Assembly: GCA_036170915.1 (NCBI GenBank)
Contig: JAVHQC010000033.1
Span: 160,001-224,000, forward strand
From: Cyanobacteria bacterium auto_48_18
GTDB lineage: Bacteria > Cyanobacteriota > Vampirovibrionia > Obscuribacterales > Obscuribacteraceae
Length of the DNA: 64,000 nt
Direction: 5' to 3'
Positions within the stretch are counted from its first letter, which is position 1. Every line of letters begins with the position of its first letter. The position numbers and the translations under genes are program-made. The notes under the pieces were generated by a model. The model saw only the letters and a list, made by a program, of their open reading frames with translations, was not told the origin of the DNA and did not search any database. Positions 36,475-46,511 of the stretch are shown here, one piece after another.

Positions 36475-37614
36475 ATGCAGCAGACTTTACTTCCCAGCGA
36501 CAAAGACTATTGGAAGCACATCGTTGCTTCGAACAATCAGTTTGGTATAGACGTCCTTAAAACTCTCGCCATGGCCAGACCGACATCAAATGTAGTGTTG
36601 TCGCCCACCAGTATTTTTCTTACCGCTTGCATGCTCTATAACGGGGCAGGTGGAAACACCTATTCGCAAATGGCCGCTGCCCTCAATTTACCGAAGCCCA
36701 ATGAAATCAATCCATGGAACAGGCAACTTTTAAATTACCTGGTGATGGATAAACCGGACCACGAAGTCTCAATTGCCTCAGCTCTCTGGTTTGGTAAAGG
36801 GGTGCGCTGCCACGAAGGCTTTGTCAATAACGCCGTAGAAGCCTATTCAGCCTCTTTATATGGAGTAGATTTTGGCTCCCCTGAGGCGATTGAGCAAATC
36901 AACTATTGGGCAGAGAATGCCACCAAGGGTAGAATCACTCATATTCTGGATGAAAATAGTTGCAACGAAGCTACCCTTCTGGTCATCAGCAACGCAATTT
37001 ATTTCTTTGCTAAATGGGAACAGAAATTTGATGCTGAGAAGACCATAGACAGCCCTTTTTATATGGTTGGTGGCGGTGCAAAATCTGTAAAAATGATGTC
37101 TAAAGTAGATAGTTTGGCTTATCGGGAAGATGAAAATGCCCAGATAGTAAAGCTGCCTTACAAACAATCACCATACTTTATGCAATTGGTATTGCCCAAG
37201 CCTGGTCGCAGTTTTGGCCACTGCATCGAATATATCAAAAATCCAAACATGGTTATGAATGCTGTTCCGAAAACTTCGGTGGCTTTGCGAATGCCCCGGA
37301 TGGAAATTGAATTTAGTGACAATCTCAATCAAGCAATGTCGCAGCTTGGTATGAGTGAACTTTTCGCTAATAACTGCGATTTGTCTTTGATCACTCCAGG
37401 TGTAAAAGTTAGCTTCATTAATCATGCAGCAAAATTAACTGTGGACGAAAGCGGTACTGAAGCCGCCGCGGTAACGGCGGTCGGGGTAGGGTACGGTTTG
37501 GCACCGAGCGTCGAGAAACCTGTCTCAATGACTCTGGACAGACCATTTTTGATGGCCATCGCTGATAGTGGCACAGGGCAAGTGCTCTTTTCTGGTGCCA
37601 TACTTTCGCCGTGA
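36475..37614 (+). CDS. Serpin (serine protease inhibitor family)
   Basis: NVVLSPTSI, NAIYFFAKW, VDESGTEAAAVT hinge, DRPFL. Confidence 0.93.
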   Translation: MQQTLLPSDKDYWKHIVASNNQFGIDVLKTLAMARPTSNVVLSPTSIFLTACMLYNGAGGNTYSQMAAALNLPKPNEINPWNRQLLNYLVMDKPDHEVSIASALWFGKGVRCHEGFVNNAVEAYSASLYGVDFGSPEAIEQINYWAENATKGRITHILDENSCNEATLLVISNAIYFFAKWEQKFDAEKTIDSPFYMVGGGAKSVKMMSKVDSLAYREDENAQIVKLPYKQSPYFMQLVLPKPGRSFGHCIEYIKNPNMVMNAVPKTSVALRMPRMEIEFSDNLNQAMSQLGMSELFANNCDLSLITPGVKVSFINHAAKLTVDESGTEAAAVTAVGVGYGLAPSVEKPVSMTLDRPFLMAIADSGTGQVLFSGAILSP

Positions 37615-37659
37615 GCGTCGGGCTTTGGTCGGCTGGTTACTAAAAGAGCTTACGAAAAC

Positions 37660-37688
37660 GCAGAGAAATTTTGCGCAAATTTCTCTGC
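37660..37688. repeat. 29-bp palindrome, copy 4
   Basis: GCAGAGAAATTTTGCGCAAATTTCTCTGC between convergent genes. Confidence 0.85.
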
Positions 37689-37743
37689 AATCTGGCACAA
37701 CCTATTAATGACCCCGACAACAAGAGCCGAAAAGCAGCGAAAA

Positions 37744-38469
37744 TCAGGGTTTTTGCGCCGTAAAATTGATCTGTGTCGAGCACCAGTGCACCGAGCGACC
37801 TTCTTTTTCTAAAGTCTCTTCGTAAGGGTCGATAGTTTTAGCAATCACATTCCAGCCGGCAAAAGCAAGCGCCAGCATTTCTTCTACTTCTTCGCGCAGC
37901 AGCGGAGTTTCTACAAAAGTAGCAATGGCCTCGCCTGAAACAACATCAACAACGTTGCGATTGGTAGTCATTTCAATGCGCACAAAGCCACCGCTTTTGC
38001 AGCCTGCTGCTATTTCGCGCATTAGAGTGAGCACGCGGTCTTTGCCCTGGCAATGCTCCAGGGTCGAGATTGCGGCAATCAAATCGTAATGCGATTTAGC
38101 CATAGCGAAATCATCATTGTCGGCGAGTACTGGCTCAATAATATCTTGAACTTTATAAGTGACAGCATACTCACTCAACAGATCTATTGATTCTGCTAAA
38201 ACATCTACGCAAGTGATTGTGGCTTCTTTATTTTGTTTCTGCAAAGCTTGTGCCATAGGAATGGCATTGCGACCTACTCCGCAGCCCAAATCAAGAATTT
38301 TGATATTGCCTTCTAAATAGTTGAGCAGCTGCATCAAAGGTTCGTCAGGATGCGCTAACCAGGAGCCGTCTTCGAATAGTTTGAAACGACTATAGTAGGC
38401 TTTATGGTATTTGAGTGTTTCTTCTCGTGCGCGTTCAAAGTCAACAGATTCCACTGATTCAATAGACAT
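37744..38469 (-). CDS. Class I SAM-dependent methyltransferase (TehB-like)
   Basis: ILDLGCGVGRNA, YDLIAAISTLEH. Confidence 0.85.
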   Translation of the reverse strand: MSIESVESVDFERAREETLKYHKAYYSRFKLFEDGSWLAHPDEPLMQLLNYLEGNIKILDLGCGVGRNAIPMAQALQKQNKEATITCVDVLAESIDLLSEYAVTYKVQDIIEPVLADNDDFAMAKSHYDLIAAISTLEHCQGKDRVLTLMREIAAGCKSGGFVRIEMTTNRNVVDVVSGEAIATFVETPLLREEVEEMLALAFAGWNVIAKTIDPYEETLEKEGRSVHWCSTQINFTAQKP

Positions 38470-38473
38470 GCAA

Positions 38474-39262
38474 TCAGCTCCCAGCAGATTTATTATTGAC
38501 TGCGCTGTAAAGCGCACCGCGAGTGCGTAGCTGAATGTTATTGCCTTTGCGGAAATGTTGAATTACGTGGCGCAGACGAGCCCTATCTTTTTCATTCAGT
38601 TCCGTCTCGTACCAGTTGCTGAATGCAAAAGTGAATGCTTCAGCGGTGACGGCGCAGTCAGGAAAAATAAAGGAGTAATCACTTTCTTCGTATGGAATTT
38701 CTTCTTTCAAATATTGTTCGAATACACGTTCAAGTGGTGCTTCGTAAATTTCGGCAGCATCGAGATCGCGTTCGCGTGAAGGCACAAAGCGCCTTGCGAT
38801 ACGGTCATAATCACAATCTCCGTAGAGGCCAAAAATAAACAGATGACCATCAGCTTTGAGTACACGCTTCACTTCGGCCAGCGCCTGGTCGCGTTCTTTA
38901 ACCAGATGGAACATCCACGGCATGATCACAACGTCGAAGCAATCGTCATCAAAAGCTAATTGCTCAGCTCCCATTTCTAAGAAGGTGAGGTTCGAGATGG
39001 TATTGCGCGCTGCGTAGTCGGCTGCAAACTGCACCAGGCGACCGTCAGGGTCAACGCCTGTGACTCGTTTGGCTAGTGGTGCCAGTTGATAACAAAGCCT
39101 GCCGTTACCACAACCAAGTTCAAGTACATTCTTTCCAGCAATGCTTGCTTGCCGCTCCATTGCCGCAATTTCTGCGCCGGAAATTGCAAAGAAATTGCTC
39201 CACAATCTCATCGATTGCAGATAATCCGAGCTTTTCCGGCGCGAAATAGAGGGTGACGTCAT
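38474..39262 (-). CDS. Class I SAM-dependent methyltransferase
   Basis: VLELGCGNG, FDDDCFDVV, EVKRVLKADG. Confidence 0.88.
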   Translation of the reverse strand: MTSPSISRRKSSDYLQSMRLWSNFFAISGAEIAAMERQASIAGKNVLELGCGNGRLCYQLAPLAKRVTGVDPDGRLVQFAADYAARNTISNLTFLEMGAEQLAFDDDCFDVVIMPWMFHLVKERDQALAEVKRVLKADGHLFIFGLYGDCDYDRIARRFVPSRERDLDAAEIYEAPLERVFEQYLKEEIPYEESDYSFIFPDCAVTAEAFTFAFSNWYETELNEKDRARLRHVIQHFRKGNNIQLRTRGALYSAVNNKSAGS

Positions 39263-39271
39263 CAGTTTGAC

Positions 39272-40285
39272 CTAGACCAGTGCAGGGCTTTTAGTTGCTT
39301 GTTCTTTATTGCTGAGTCCTTTTTCGCTAAGACCTTTTTCTTTGAGCGCTTTTTCATAAGTAAAAGTCTCGTCCATGTCTTTGACCAGGTCGGTTTTATA
39401 GTAGTCGTTGTACCAGCGCTCACAGTCCCAGGCAAAGGCTTTTCTTAGACGCTCGAGATAAGTAGTCCAGTCACGTTCGTTGGCTTTGGTTGTCCAGGTG
39501 GCAAGAATGTTGTCGAAAGTAGCTTCTTGTTCTTTTTGGAAATCAAGAATAGCATCGTCTTCACCTTGTTCAAAGCGCTTGAGATTGCGTGAGAACGGTA
39601 TCGAACCGAGATACTTGTCGGCTCCAACTCTTTCTTTGATGTAATTGGCGTCTTCTTCACCATCTACTTTGTTGCCGACCACAAATGTACGGCTGGCAAA
39701 TTGAGGAGCAATTTCTTCAAAATCAAGAAATACCTGAGTAGATTTTTCGGTGGGCTCAAGCACAAAGACATTGATGTCGTAGGCGAAAGAAAGTGATGTA
39801 GCGACATTATCTGTACCAGCAGTGGTGTCGGCCACGACCATGTCTTCACTGGTGTCGAGCATGTGGTGGAAAATACCGGCTAAGCTTTTCAGCTTCTCGT
39901 GATAGCAAGAGCCGCCCACATCTTCTTGTTGATAGGTGCCTACAGTGAGCAAAGCAATGTTGCCTTCTTTTAAAGCGTATTTTTCAATGAAGGCGTCGTT
40001 CGCTTTAGCCGTGATGAAATTGGAACCGACAGCTGGAGGGGTGGTGCCAATCATCGGTCTTGTGCCGATGTCTTTTCTCTCGCCCTGCAAATATTCAGTC
40101 ACTTCGTCGAAATGAAGACCTAGTTGTTTTGTCTCGCCTTTGAGATTCAACGCACTTTTTAAGTGAGCATTAAGATCTGCGTCTACGGCCACAACAAAGG
40201 GAAAGCGCTTGGCTAAATATTGTATGAAACCGGATGACGTTGTTGTTTTACCGGCTCCGCCTTTTCCAAGAAATGCAATCCTCAT
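39272..40285 (-). CDS. CooC/AcsF-like (MinD superfamily) ATPase
   Basis: MRIAFLGKGGAGKTT, VDADLN, GGSCYH, DTTAG, VLEPT, GNKV. Confidence 0.85.
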   Translation of the reverse strand: MRIAFLGKGGAGKTTTSSGFIQYLAKRFPFVVAVDADLNAHLKSALNLKGETKQLGLHFDEVTEYLQGERKDIGTRPMIGTTPPAVGSNFITAKANDAFIEKYALKEGNIALLTVGTYQQEDVGGSCYHEKLKSLAGIFHHMLDTSEDMVVADTTAGTDNVATSLSFAYDINVFVLEPTEKSTQVFLDFEEIAPQFASRTFVVGNKVDGEEDANYIKERVGADKYLGSIPFSRNLKRFEQGEDDAILDFQKEQEATFDNILATWTTKANERDWTTYLERLRKAFAWDCERWYNDYYKTDLVKDMDETFTYEKALKEKGLSEKGLSNKEQATKSPALV

Positions 40286-40785
40286 TTTAATTCTCCTTTT
40301 CTCTCAAGTTTTATAGTTTTGGTTGGTGCTGTATCTCTACTTGCAACAACAGTGCTGGCAGCAACAGTGCATAACCGGCAAGTGCCGAATAATTCGAGCA
40401 AGTGTTCAGATACCGAAAATCCGTGTTCACGTAAAATGATTTCTTCGATGCTTGAAAGCAAGCAGTCTTTCATCTTGATATTGCTGTGGCAAACTTTGCA
40501 AATCAGGTGGTGGCTGTGCTCACCTGCTTCAATAGCTTCATAGCGTTTTTCGGCGTCGCCCACGCTGACTGCTTGAACCAGACCAAGCCTGGTTAAAAGT
40601 TCAAGTGAGCGGTAGACCGTGGTCAAGCCTGGTGCCGCAGTTTCGCTGGCCAACTTAGTTAGTTTCATGCGGAAGCAAAGATCGCGAGCGCTGAGCATCT
40701 CGGGTGCTTGTTTGAGAGCAGACAGCACTGCTTTTGCTCCTTTTGGGAGATTCTTGCGTGTGCCCACTAGTTTACTTTCCAGCAT
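40282..40785 (-). CDS. Fur family metal-responsive regulator
   Basis: GLTTVYRSL, HSHHLICKVC, FGTCRLC. Confidence 0.9.
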   Translation of the reverse strand: MLESKLVGTRKNLPKGAKAVLSALKQAPEMLSARDLCFRMKLTKLASETAAPGLTTVYRSLELLTRLGLVQAVSVGDAEKRYEAIEAGEHSHHLICKVCHSNIKMKDCLLSSIEEIILREHGFSVSEHLLELFGTCRLCTVAASTVVASRDTAPTKTIKLERKGELK

Positions 40786-42127
40786 GGTTTTGCTCCTTGC
40801 TGCACTCGGAGCTGCGTAATTCGGCGCTGCGCAAATCAGCGTTACGTAATTCGGTTGCGATTAATTTCACTAGCGGGCCGGAAAGATTTTCAGGATAGCC
40901 ATGCAGTTTAATTACGCTATCTGTAGCACCAGGAAGTGCGTTCGTCGCCACTATCTGTGGTGCTACCCACTGCAGGGTAACAACATCATAAAACTGATGT
41001 ACTCCATCTCTTTCTCTGTAGCCATAAAGAGGTAGGTAACTGTGGAAAACAAAACCAGAGGCACGCAGGTGATCTATTACTTCCAGCGCTTGTGGTTCAT
41101 TGGCCGGTACACGCACCAAGATGTAGCGTTTATCTTTTTCTTTGACACTCTTGACGGCTTCACTGAGAGCTGCGGCGTCAAATTTGAAATCAGGTTGGTA
41201 GACAATATAACTATGGCCGAAACCATCTTTATAGTCGATGGTTAAGTGAGCTGATGCGGCGTCAGCGTTCTGCTCTGCTTGATTTTCTTCATTATCAACC
41301 CGCTGGAAAAATTTGCTCTTGACGCTTCTATCGAGCAAATCTTCGAATTGAAATAAAATTGATTGCACTATGGGCGCATAGTCATGAGGTACATAGGCTG
41401 TGCGATGCTGCAGAACTTCCGCCACTAATTGCAAATGCTCTTCGCTCAAGCGTCCGTCTGCAAGTTTAATTGAGCCCTGTGCTTGAGCTGTTAGCACTGC
41501 CTGCACCACATCACTGGTGGTGTTGCCTAACTTACGGCCCAGAGTGCTGCGAATTTGCTTAATGGCACTGACTAGTTTGCCTTGAAAACGTGTCACCCAC
41601 AAAACTGACTCAGGGTGATTGACAAAAAATACTGAAGGATAGTGGCAGAAAGCAAAACCGACGATATTGCGAAAACCTGCCTGGAAATGGGCAGCCTGGC
41701 TGGCAAGGCTGTGGGTCACCAGTTCGGTGCTGTTGATGGTGAGCGCCGTGGCTTCGGTAATATCTCTCAGGCCGTCTACCAGCGCAGAACCTATGCGCAT
41801 ACCGCGACAATCACGCCGCACTGCCATGCTGTTGTGCTCGATGTGGAACGGGCTCAGCCGGTCGGCCACCATAGCACCAACAATGCGGTCATTGTGTTTG
41901 GCTACGGCAATCATGCGCTCTTCCGCCAGAAGTGTGGCTTTTACACCAGCCTCAGAAAAAAGGTCGCTGTCAGGATAAGCTTCTGCTCCGGGTTGGCCTA
42001 CGCCACCAACACCAAGAGCGGCTTCGTACATTGTGGCAATATCTTGACTGAGGGTATCAGCATGGTCGCGAGTGGCGGCAAAGACCTGCACTTTTTCTTC
42101 TGGTTTGCTTTCCACATATTCTGGCAT
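40772..42127 (-). CDS. GNAT-fold protein
   Basis: MAVRRDCRGMRIGSAL, ELVTHSLASQ; ATG 42127 overlaps the upstream TGA. Confidence 0.7.
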   Translation of the reverse strand: MPEYVESKPEEKVQVFAATRDHADTLSQDIATMYEAALGVGGVGQPGAEAYPDSDLFSEAGVKATLLAEERMIAVAKHNDRIVGAMVADRLSPFHIEHNSMAVRRDCRGMRIGSALVDGLRDITEATALTINSTELVTHSLASQAAHFQAGFRNIVGFAFCHYPSVFFVNHPESVLWVTRFQGKLVSAIKQIRSTLGRKLGNTTSDVVQAVLTAQAQGSIKLADGRLSEEHLQLVAEVLQHRTAYVPHDYAPIVQSILFQFEDLLDRSVKSKFFQRVDNEENQAEQNADAASAHLTIDYKDGFGHSYIVYQPDFKFDAAALSEAVKSVKEKDKRYILVRVPANEPQALEVIDHLRASGFVFHSYLPLYGYRERDGVHQFYDVVTLQWVAPQIVATNALPGATDSVIKLHGYPENLSGPLVKLIATELRNADLRSAELRSSECSKEQNHAGK

Positions 42128-43734
42128 CAAGCTTGGAGCTGGCATTGCACCTCCGGGCTGCGGGCCTGCGAAGCGCTGTTTAGGGCCAATATATGTTTGG
42201 CCACATTGTGACCATTGGCGGCAGTGACATTGCCACCAGGGTAGGTGCCTGCACCGCAAAGATATAAATTATCAAAAGGAGTTTCATAGGGTGCGCAATC
42301 AGGCAAACTGCGTTTCTCAAACAAATATTGAGGAGTCATCGGCATGTGCCAACACGACAGAGAGGCCAGATTAAAGGCTTCCGCCAGTACCCTTGGTGAT
42401 ACCACATAACTTTGCTCTATCAATTGACGAATTTCAGGACATTGCCCTTCAATGGCAGCAATGGTCAATTCAAGCAGTTGTTCATCGTCGGCCTGGCTCC
42501 AGGCCTTGCCATCTATTTGGGCGGGCACATAATGTACGTCCACAGTCAGCACATGTTTGCCGCTGTGCTCAGCCCGATTATCAGCCATAGAAGGGTCTTC
42601 GAGCGTGGGAAATGCCATGGTCAGCATTAAGCGCTCTGGCATATTGCCGCCGGGCACGGTATGAGAAGCTTGCTTAACAGCACTCAGGGGTGGAGCAACT
42701 ACAATCACGCCTTTGTGATTATGGTCAATTTGTTTCAGTGTTGTAAAAGTCGGCAATGCTTTCAAAAGGAAATGCAATTTGGCGGCTGAGACCTTGGGGC
42801 GGTTTTCGCTCAAATAATGGCGAATGGCTTCAGTGGCGGGTTGCTTGTCTAGCAATTTCTCAAAGAGTATGTAGCTATCGCAATTGGCAATGACAATGTC
42901 AAAACTTTTCTTTTCGCCGTTTTCAAATTCAACAGCGGCAATGCGGCCGGCTTCAACCACCAGACGACTGACACCATGGCTGGTGTGCAGCGTGGCACCA
43001 TGAGCTTGCGCAACTTTTGCCAGAGCTTGAGTTATTTCACCCATGCCCCCATAAACCTGCCCCCAGGCGCCAAATTCGCCTTTGGTTTCGGCGGTGCCGT
43101 GGTGAATGCAGCCAAAAACCGAGCCCACTACATTAACAAAGCCTGGTGTGCAAGTGGCTGCCACAGCCATTAAGTCTTCACTCTGAATATAATGTTTGAG
43201 CAGGTCAAGTAGACTGCCTTCGAAAATGTGGGCAGCAATTTTATCTAGTTTTGCTTCAAGCAAAAGTGACACCACTTGCTTTTGCGTCAGATCGCTTTTG
43301 AGATAACGCGGATAGATAAGTGCAGCGGCTTTCTGCATGTCGCCCCAGAAGCGCTGCCAGCCTTCTTTATCTGCACCTGTGAGCGAGGCAATTTCCGCTC
43401 TGGCTTCCCCACCATCTCGAGGGGTGAAAGAAAATTGTCCACCGTCGAGCAAAACAATTTCAATTGGGTCGGTTAAGTATGGCTTGAGACCATGCTCTTC
43501 TAAACTAAGCTCTTGCACAATTTCTTTGCGCACCATACCGAAATATGATGCCACTGTTGAAACTTTGATTTCGCTGCCGAATGCGGCAAATGGCTTTTCG
43601 GTGACACAGAGACCACCCAGGCTATTGCGTTTTTCAAAAACATCAACTTTATAGCCGGCTTGGGCCAGATATGCAGCAGCGGTCAGACCATTGTGGCCTG
43701 CTCCGACAATCGCGATTGTTTTTGCTGCGGTCAT
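42127..43734 (-). CDS. FAD-dependent oxidoreductase, phytoene dehydrogenase-like
   Basis: GAGHNGLTAAAYLA, GGMGEIT, LYLCGAGTYPGGNVTAANGHN. Confidence 0.88.
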   Translation of the reverse strand: MTAAKTIAIVGAGHNGLTAAAYLAQAGYKVDVFEKRNSLGGLCVTEKPFAAFGSEIKVSTVASYFGMVRKEIVQELSLEEHGLKPYLTDPIEIVLLDGGQFSFTPRDGGEARAEIASLTGADKEGWQRFWGDMQKAAALIYPRYLKSDLTQKQVVSLLLEAKLDKIAAHIFEGSLLDLLKHYIQSEDLMAVAATCTPGFVNVVGSVFGCIHHGTAETKGEFGAWGQVYGGMGEITQALAKVAQAHGATLHTSHGVSRLVVEAGRIAAVEFENGEKKSFDIVIANCDSYILFEKLLDKQPATEAIRHYLSENRPKVSAAKLHFLLKALPTFTTLKQIDHNHKGVIVVAPPLSAVKQASHTVPGGNMPERLMLTMAFPTLEDPSMADNRAEHSGKHVLTVDVHYVPAQIDGKAWSQADDEQLLELTIAAIEGQCPEIRQLIEQSYVVSPRVLAEAFNLASLSCWHMPMTPQYLFEKRSLPDCAPYETPFDNLYLCGAGTYPGGNVTAANGHNVAKHILALNSASQARSPEVQCQLQA

Positions 43735-43743
43735 TTTAATTCT

Positions 43744-45015
43744 CTAGTTCGTGGCTGCTTGTAATACTTCCACCAGCTGATCGATTTCAGCTTTGGTGTT
43801 ATAAGCGTGCATGCTCACTCGCAAATAATCCTCTTCGCCTTCGCCTTTTTTCTCAGTGCAGTGATCACCCGCTCTGACGAAGATTTTTTCGGCGTCCAGT
43901 AAGAAAGTAAGGTCAAGGGCGGCCACTTGCTCAAAGCGGAATGAAATAATGCCGAAGCCTGAGTCACATCCGCAAATGCCGATGCCCGGCGCGAATGCCA
44001 GACCAGGCAAGTCCATAAGTTTCTGCCAGAGATATACAGTAAGTTCGCTCAATTGTTTTTCAATGGCTTCAATACCAATTGATTGAATGAAGTCCACGGC
44101 TTTGCCCAGCGACAAAATGGCAGGAATATTGAGAGTGCCGCACTCAATTAATTGATGCATCGACTTAGCCGAATACTCCAGACCGTTTTCGGTGATCGAA
44201 ACTGGGCTCTGGCCACCAAGGCGAACTGGCTTGATTTTAGCGGCGATGCGAGGGGAGATATAAAGCCCACCTACACCAGGGGCTGCGAACATTTTGTGTC
44301 CTGAAAACGAAATCATGTCGACAGGCAGTGTCTGGGCGTCTACTTTTGTATGACCCACGCTCTGGCTGGCATCAAGCGAAATCACCACATCATCGCCAAC
44401 AATTTCGCGAATTTTTGCAACTTCCATGTCTAGGCCGAATACGTGGTGCACGTGAGCCATAGCCAGCACTTTAGTGCGAGGAGAGATTTGAGCCTTGATG
44501 CTCTTTAAGTCATAGTCGCCCACTTCGTGAATGGTGAAGTGTTTGATGTGAATGTTTTTGCCTTGAGCCTGCAGCATCTCTTGCACGTTGTACCAGGGCA
44601 AGACTGCTGATTTATGATCTTGCTGGCAAAGCATGACTTCATCGCCGTCTTCCAGATTGTTGAGGCCATAGCTAAGTGCCGCCATATTGAGGCTGTCTGT
44701 GGCACCACCTGTGAAGACCAGGTTTTGCACTTCGCAATTAAGAAATTGCGCCACTTTGTTTCTTGTCTCTTCAATATCGCGAGTCAGTTGTGTTGACCAC
44801 GAGTATGAGGCGCGACCGGCATTAGCGCAGCGATTGGTGTAATAGTCGAGCAGTTCGTCTACAACTATTTGCGGCTTTTGCGTTGTGCTGGCGCTGTCAA
44901 AATAAATTAGATCAGGATGGTTAGCAAAAATAGGGAAGTGTTTTCTGAAACTCTCCACGTCTAAAGTGTTTGCAGTATTGGTGGTATCTTGCTCTTGAAT
45001 TTGACAGCTGGTCAT
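43744..45015 (-). CDS. Class V PLP enzyme, SufS-like cysteine desulfurase
   Basis: YFDSASTTQKP, DASQSVGH, FSGHKMF, VRAGDHC (catalytic Cys position). Confidence 0.85.
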   Translation of the reverse strand: MTSCQIQEQDTTNTANTLDVESFRKHFPIFANHPDLIYFDSASTTQKPQIVVDELLDYYTNRCANAGRASYSWSTQLTRDIEETRNKVAQFLNCEVQNLVFTGGATDSLNMAALSYGLNNLEDGDEVMLCQQDHKSAVLPWYNVQEMLQAQGKNIHIKHFTIHEVGDYDLKSIKAQISPRTKVLAMAHVHHVFGLDMEVAKIREIVGDDVVISLDASQSVGHTKVDAQTLPVDMISFSGHKMFAAPGVGGLYISPRIAAKIKPVRLGGQSPVSITENGLEYSAKSMHQLIECGTLNIPAILSLGKAVDFIQSIGIEAIEKQLSELTVYLWQKLMDLPGLAFAPGIGICGCDSGFGIISFRFEQVAALDLTFLLDAEKIFVRAGDHCTEKKGEGEEDYLRVSMHAYNTKAEIDQLVEVLQAATN

Positions 45016-45065
45016 TCGTTTTTCCTGTGAACTGTGAACTATGTAAGTACTATTTTTTGTGATTG

Positions 45066-46445
45066 TTATTTTGAGCCTGAACCCATGCCTACCAAACTTT
45101 TTCTTACACCATCTTGCTTGGCCCGCTCTGTGGTCTTACCGGCGTCGCGCCAGCCCACAAAGCCACCTTCCAGGCTGCTCACATCCACACCCTTGGTTTT
45201 GAAGTAAGCGGCGAAGCGTTTCGATACTTCACCGGTGGGGCAAACCAGTACAACTTTCTGGTCGTTGGCAAATGGCACGCCCATATCAGCAATGTCTTCC
45301 AAACCGTCTGTAGGAATGTTTAGTGAGCCTGGTATGCGTGAAGCTTTAAAGGCAAGGCTGCCACGCATATCAACAATCAGTGGCTTGACGCTCTGAGCGA
45401 GCAGACTCTCTAATTTGTCGCAGTCGACTTCAGGAGCGTTGTCAGTTTGCTCTTTGGTGATCGCTTTGAGCGAATCTTTTTTCACTGCCAGACCAAATAA
45501 TTCTGGTCTGTATTTTTGCAGGTAAGAGAGATACCACTCAACGCGGTCACATGCGATGAAGACGGCGTTGTGTTTGCGTGTCAACGTACCGTCAATATCT
45601 TTGAAATATTTGAGAGCGGCGGCGAGGCTGCCACCACCAGTAGGCCCGGCTAAAATGCCGCACTTGCGAATCAGATCGAGCATGGCATCAATTGATTCGT
45701 CCATTGAGACTTCAATAATATCGTCGTAGAAGTCTTTTCTGAACAAGCCTACTTCGTACATTTCATCAACGTTTCTGATGCCCGGCAGCAGTTGACCTTT
45801 GCTGGCGATAACACCAACGTTTATCATTTTCTCATTCTTTTCTTTGAGAAAAGTGCCGGCACCACGGGTAGAGCCCGTTGTGCCCAGGCCACCGATGAAA
45901 TAGTCTACTTCGCCGGCATTTGCGGCCTGCAAATCTTCCCAGACTTCGCGCCCGGTAGAGTTGTAGTGAGCATGGATATTTTTTTCGTTGGTATATTGCG
46001 AGGTGTGGAAATATTTGCCGGGGCTGGCCGACATAATTTGCTCGATGAAAGTGATTGGATCGTTAGGGTCGGTAGGATCTGGACATTCGGACAAACCGGG
46101 CAATTCGTCAACGTCAGCGCCCAGCAGTTGCAAAATTTGTTTGACTTCGCGCACCTTGATGCGGTTTGTCACGATTTTGAAAGGCACACCATAAGCTGAA
46201 CAGACCAGTTGCATGGCTTTAGCCATGTTGCCGCTTGATGATTCAATGACGGTTTTGCCTTCTCTGGCGATTTGTTCAATATCGTCTTTGAGCACATTCC
46301 ATGCGCTCTTATCTTTAACCGAGCCAAAAGGATTCAACAACTCGAGCTTGGCGTAGAGATTGATATTTTTTAGACCATGCACTTGCGGCGGTATTTCGAA
46401 CAATGGTGTATTGCCGATTAGCTCACTGACATGTTTGACTAACAT
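45066..46445 (-). CDS. Cysteine synthase-family PLP enzyme fused to a rhodanese domain
   Basis: NPFGSVKD, ESSSGN, GLGTTGS; C-terminal IPGSLNIP..VCPTGEVS..LEGGFVGW. Confidence 0.88.
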   Translation of the reverse strand: MLVKHVSELIGNTPLFEIPPQVHGLKNINLYAKLELLNPFGSVKDKSAWNVLKDDIEQIAREGKTVIESSSGNMAKAMQLVCSAYGVPFKIVTNRIKVREVKQILQLLGADVDELPGLSECPDPTDPNDPITFIEQIMSASPGKYFHTSQYTNEKNIHAHYNSTGREVWEDLQAANAGEVDYFIGGLGTTGSTRGAGTFLKEKNEKMINVGVIASKGQLLPGIRNVDEMYEVGLFRKDFYDDIIEVSMDESIDAMLDLIRKCGILAGPTGGGSLAAALKYFKDIDGTLTRKHNAVFIACDRVEWYLSYLQKYRPELFGLAVKKDSLKAITKEQTDNAPEVDCDKLESLLAQSVKPLIVDMRGSLAFKASRIPGSLNIPTDGLEDIADMGVPFANDQKVVLVCPTGEVSKRFAAYFKTKGVDVSSLEGGFVGWRDAGKTTERAKQDGVRKSLVGMGSGSK

Positions 46446-46511
46446 TTTGAATTATCTCCGAGTGTTCTACAAAGGTTTGTGGTCTGAAACTATAGGAAAA
46501 CTATAAGTAGA

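Noticed and set aside
42127..43734. crtI carotenoid gene
   Set aside because: No crtB/crtE nearby; only a family-level call is supportable
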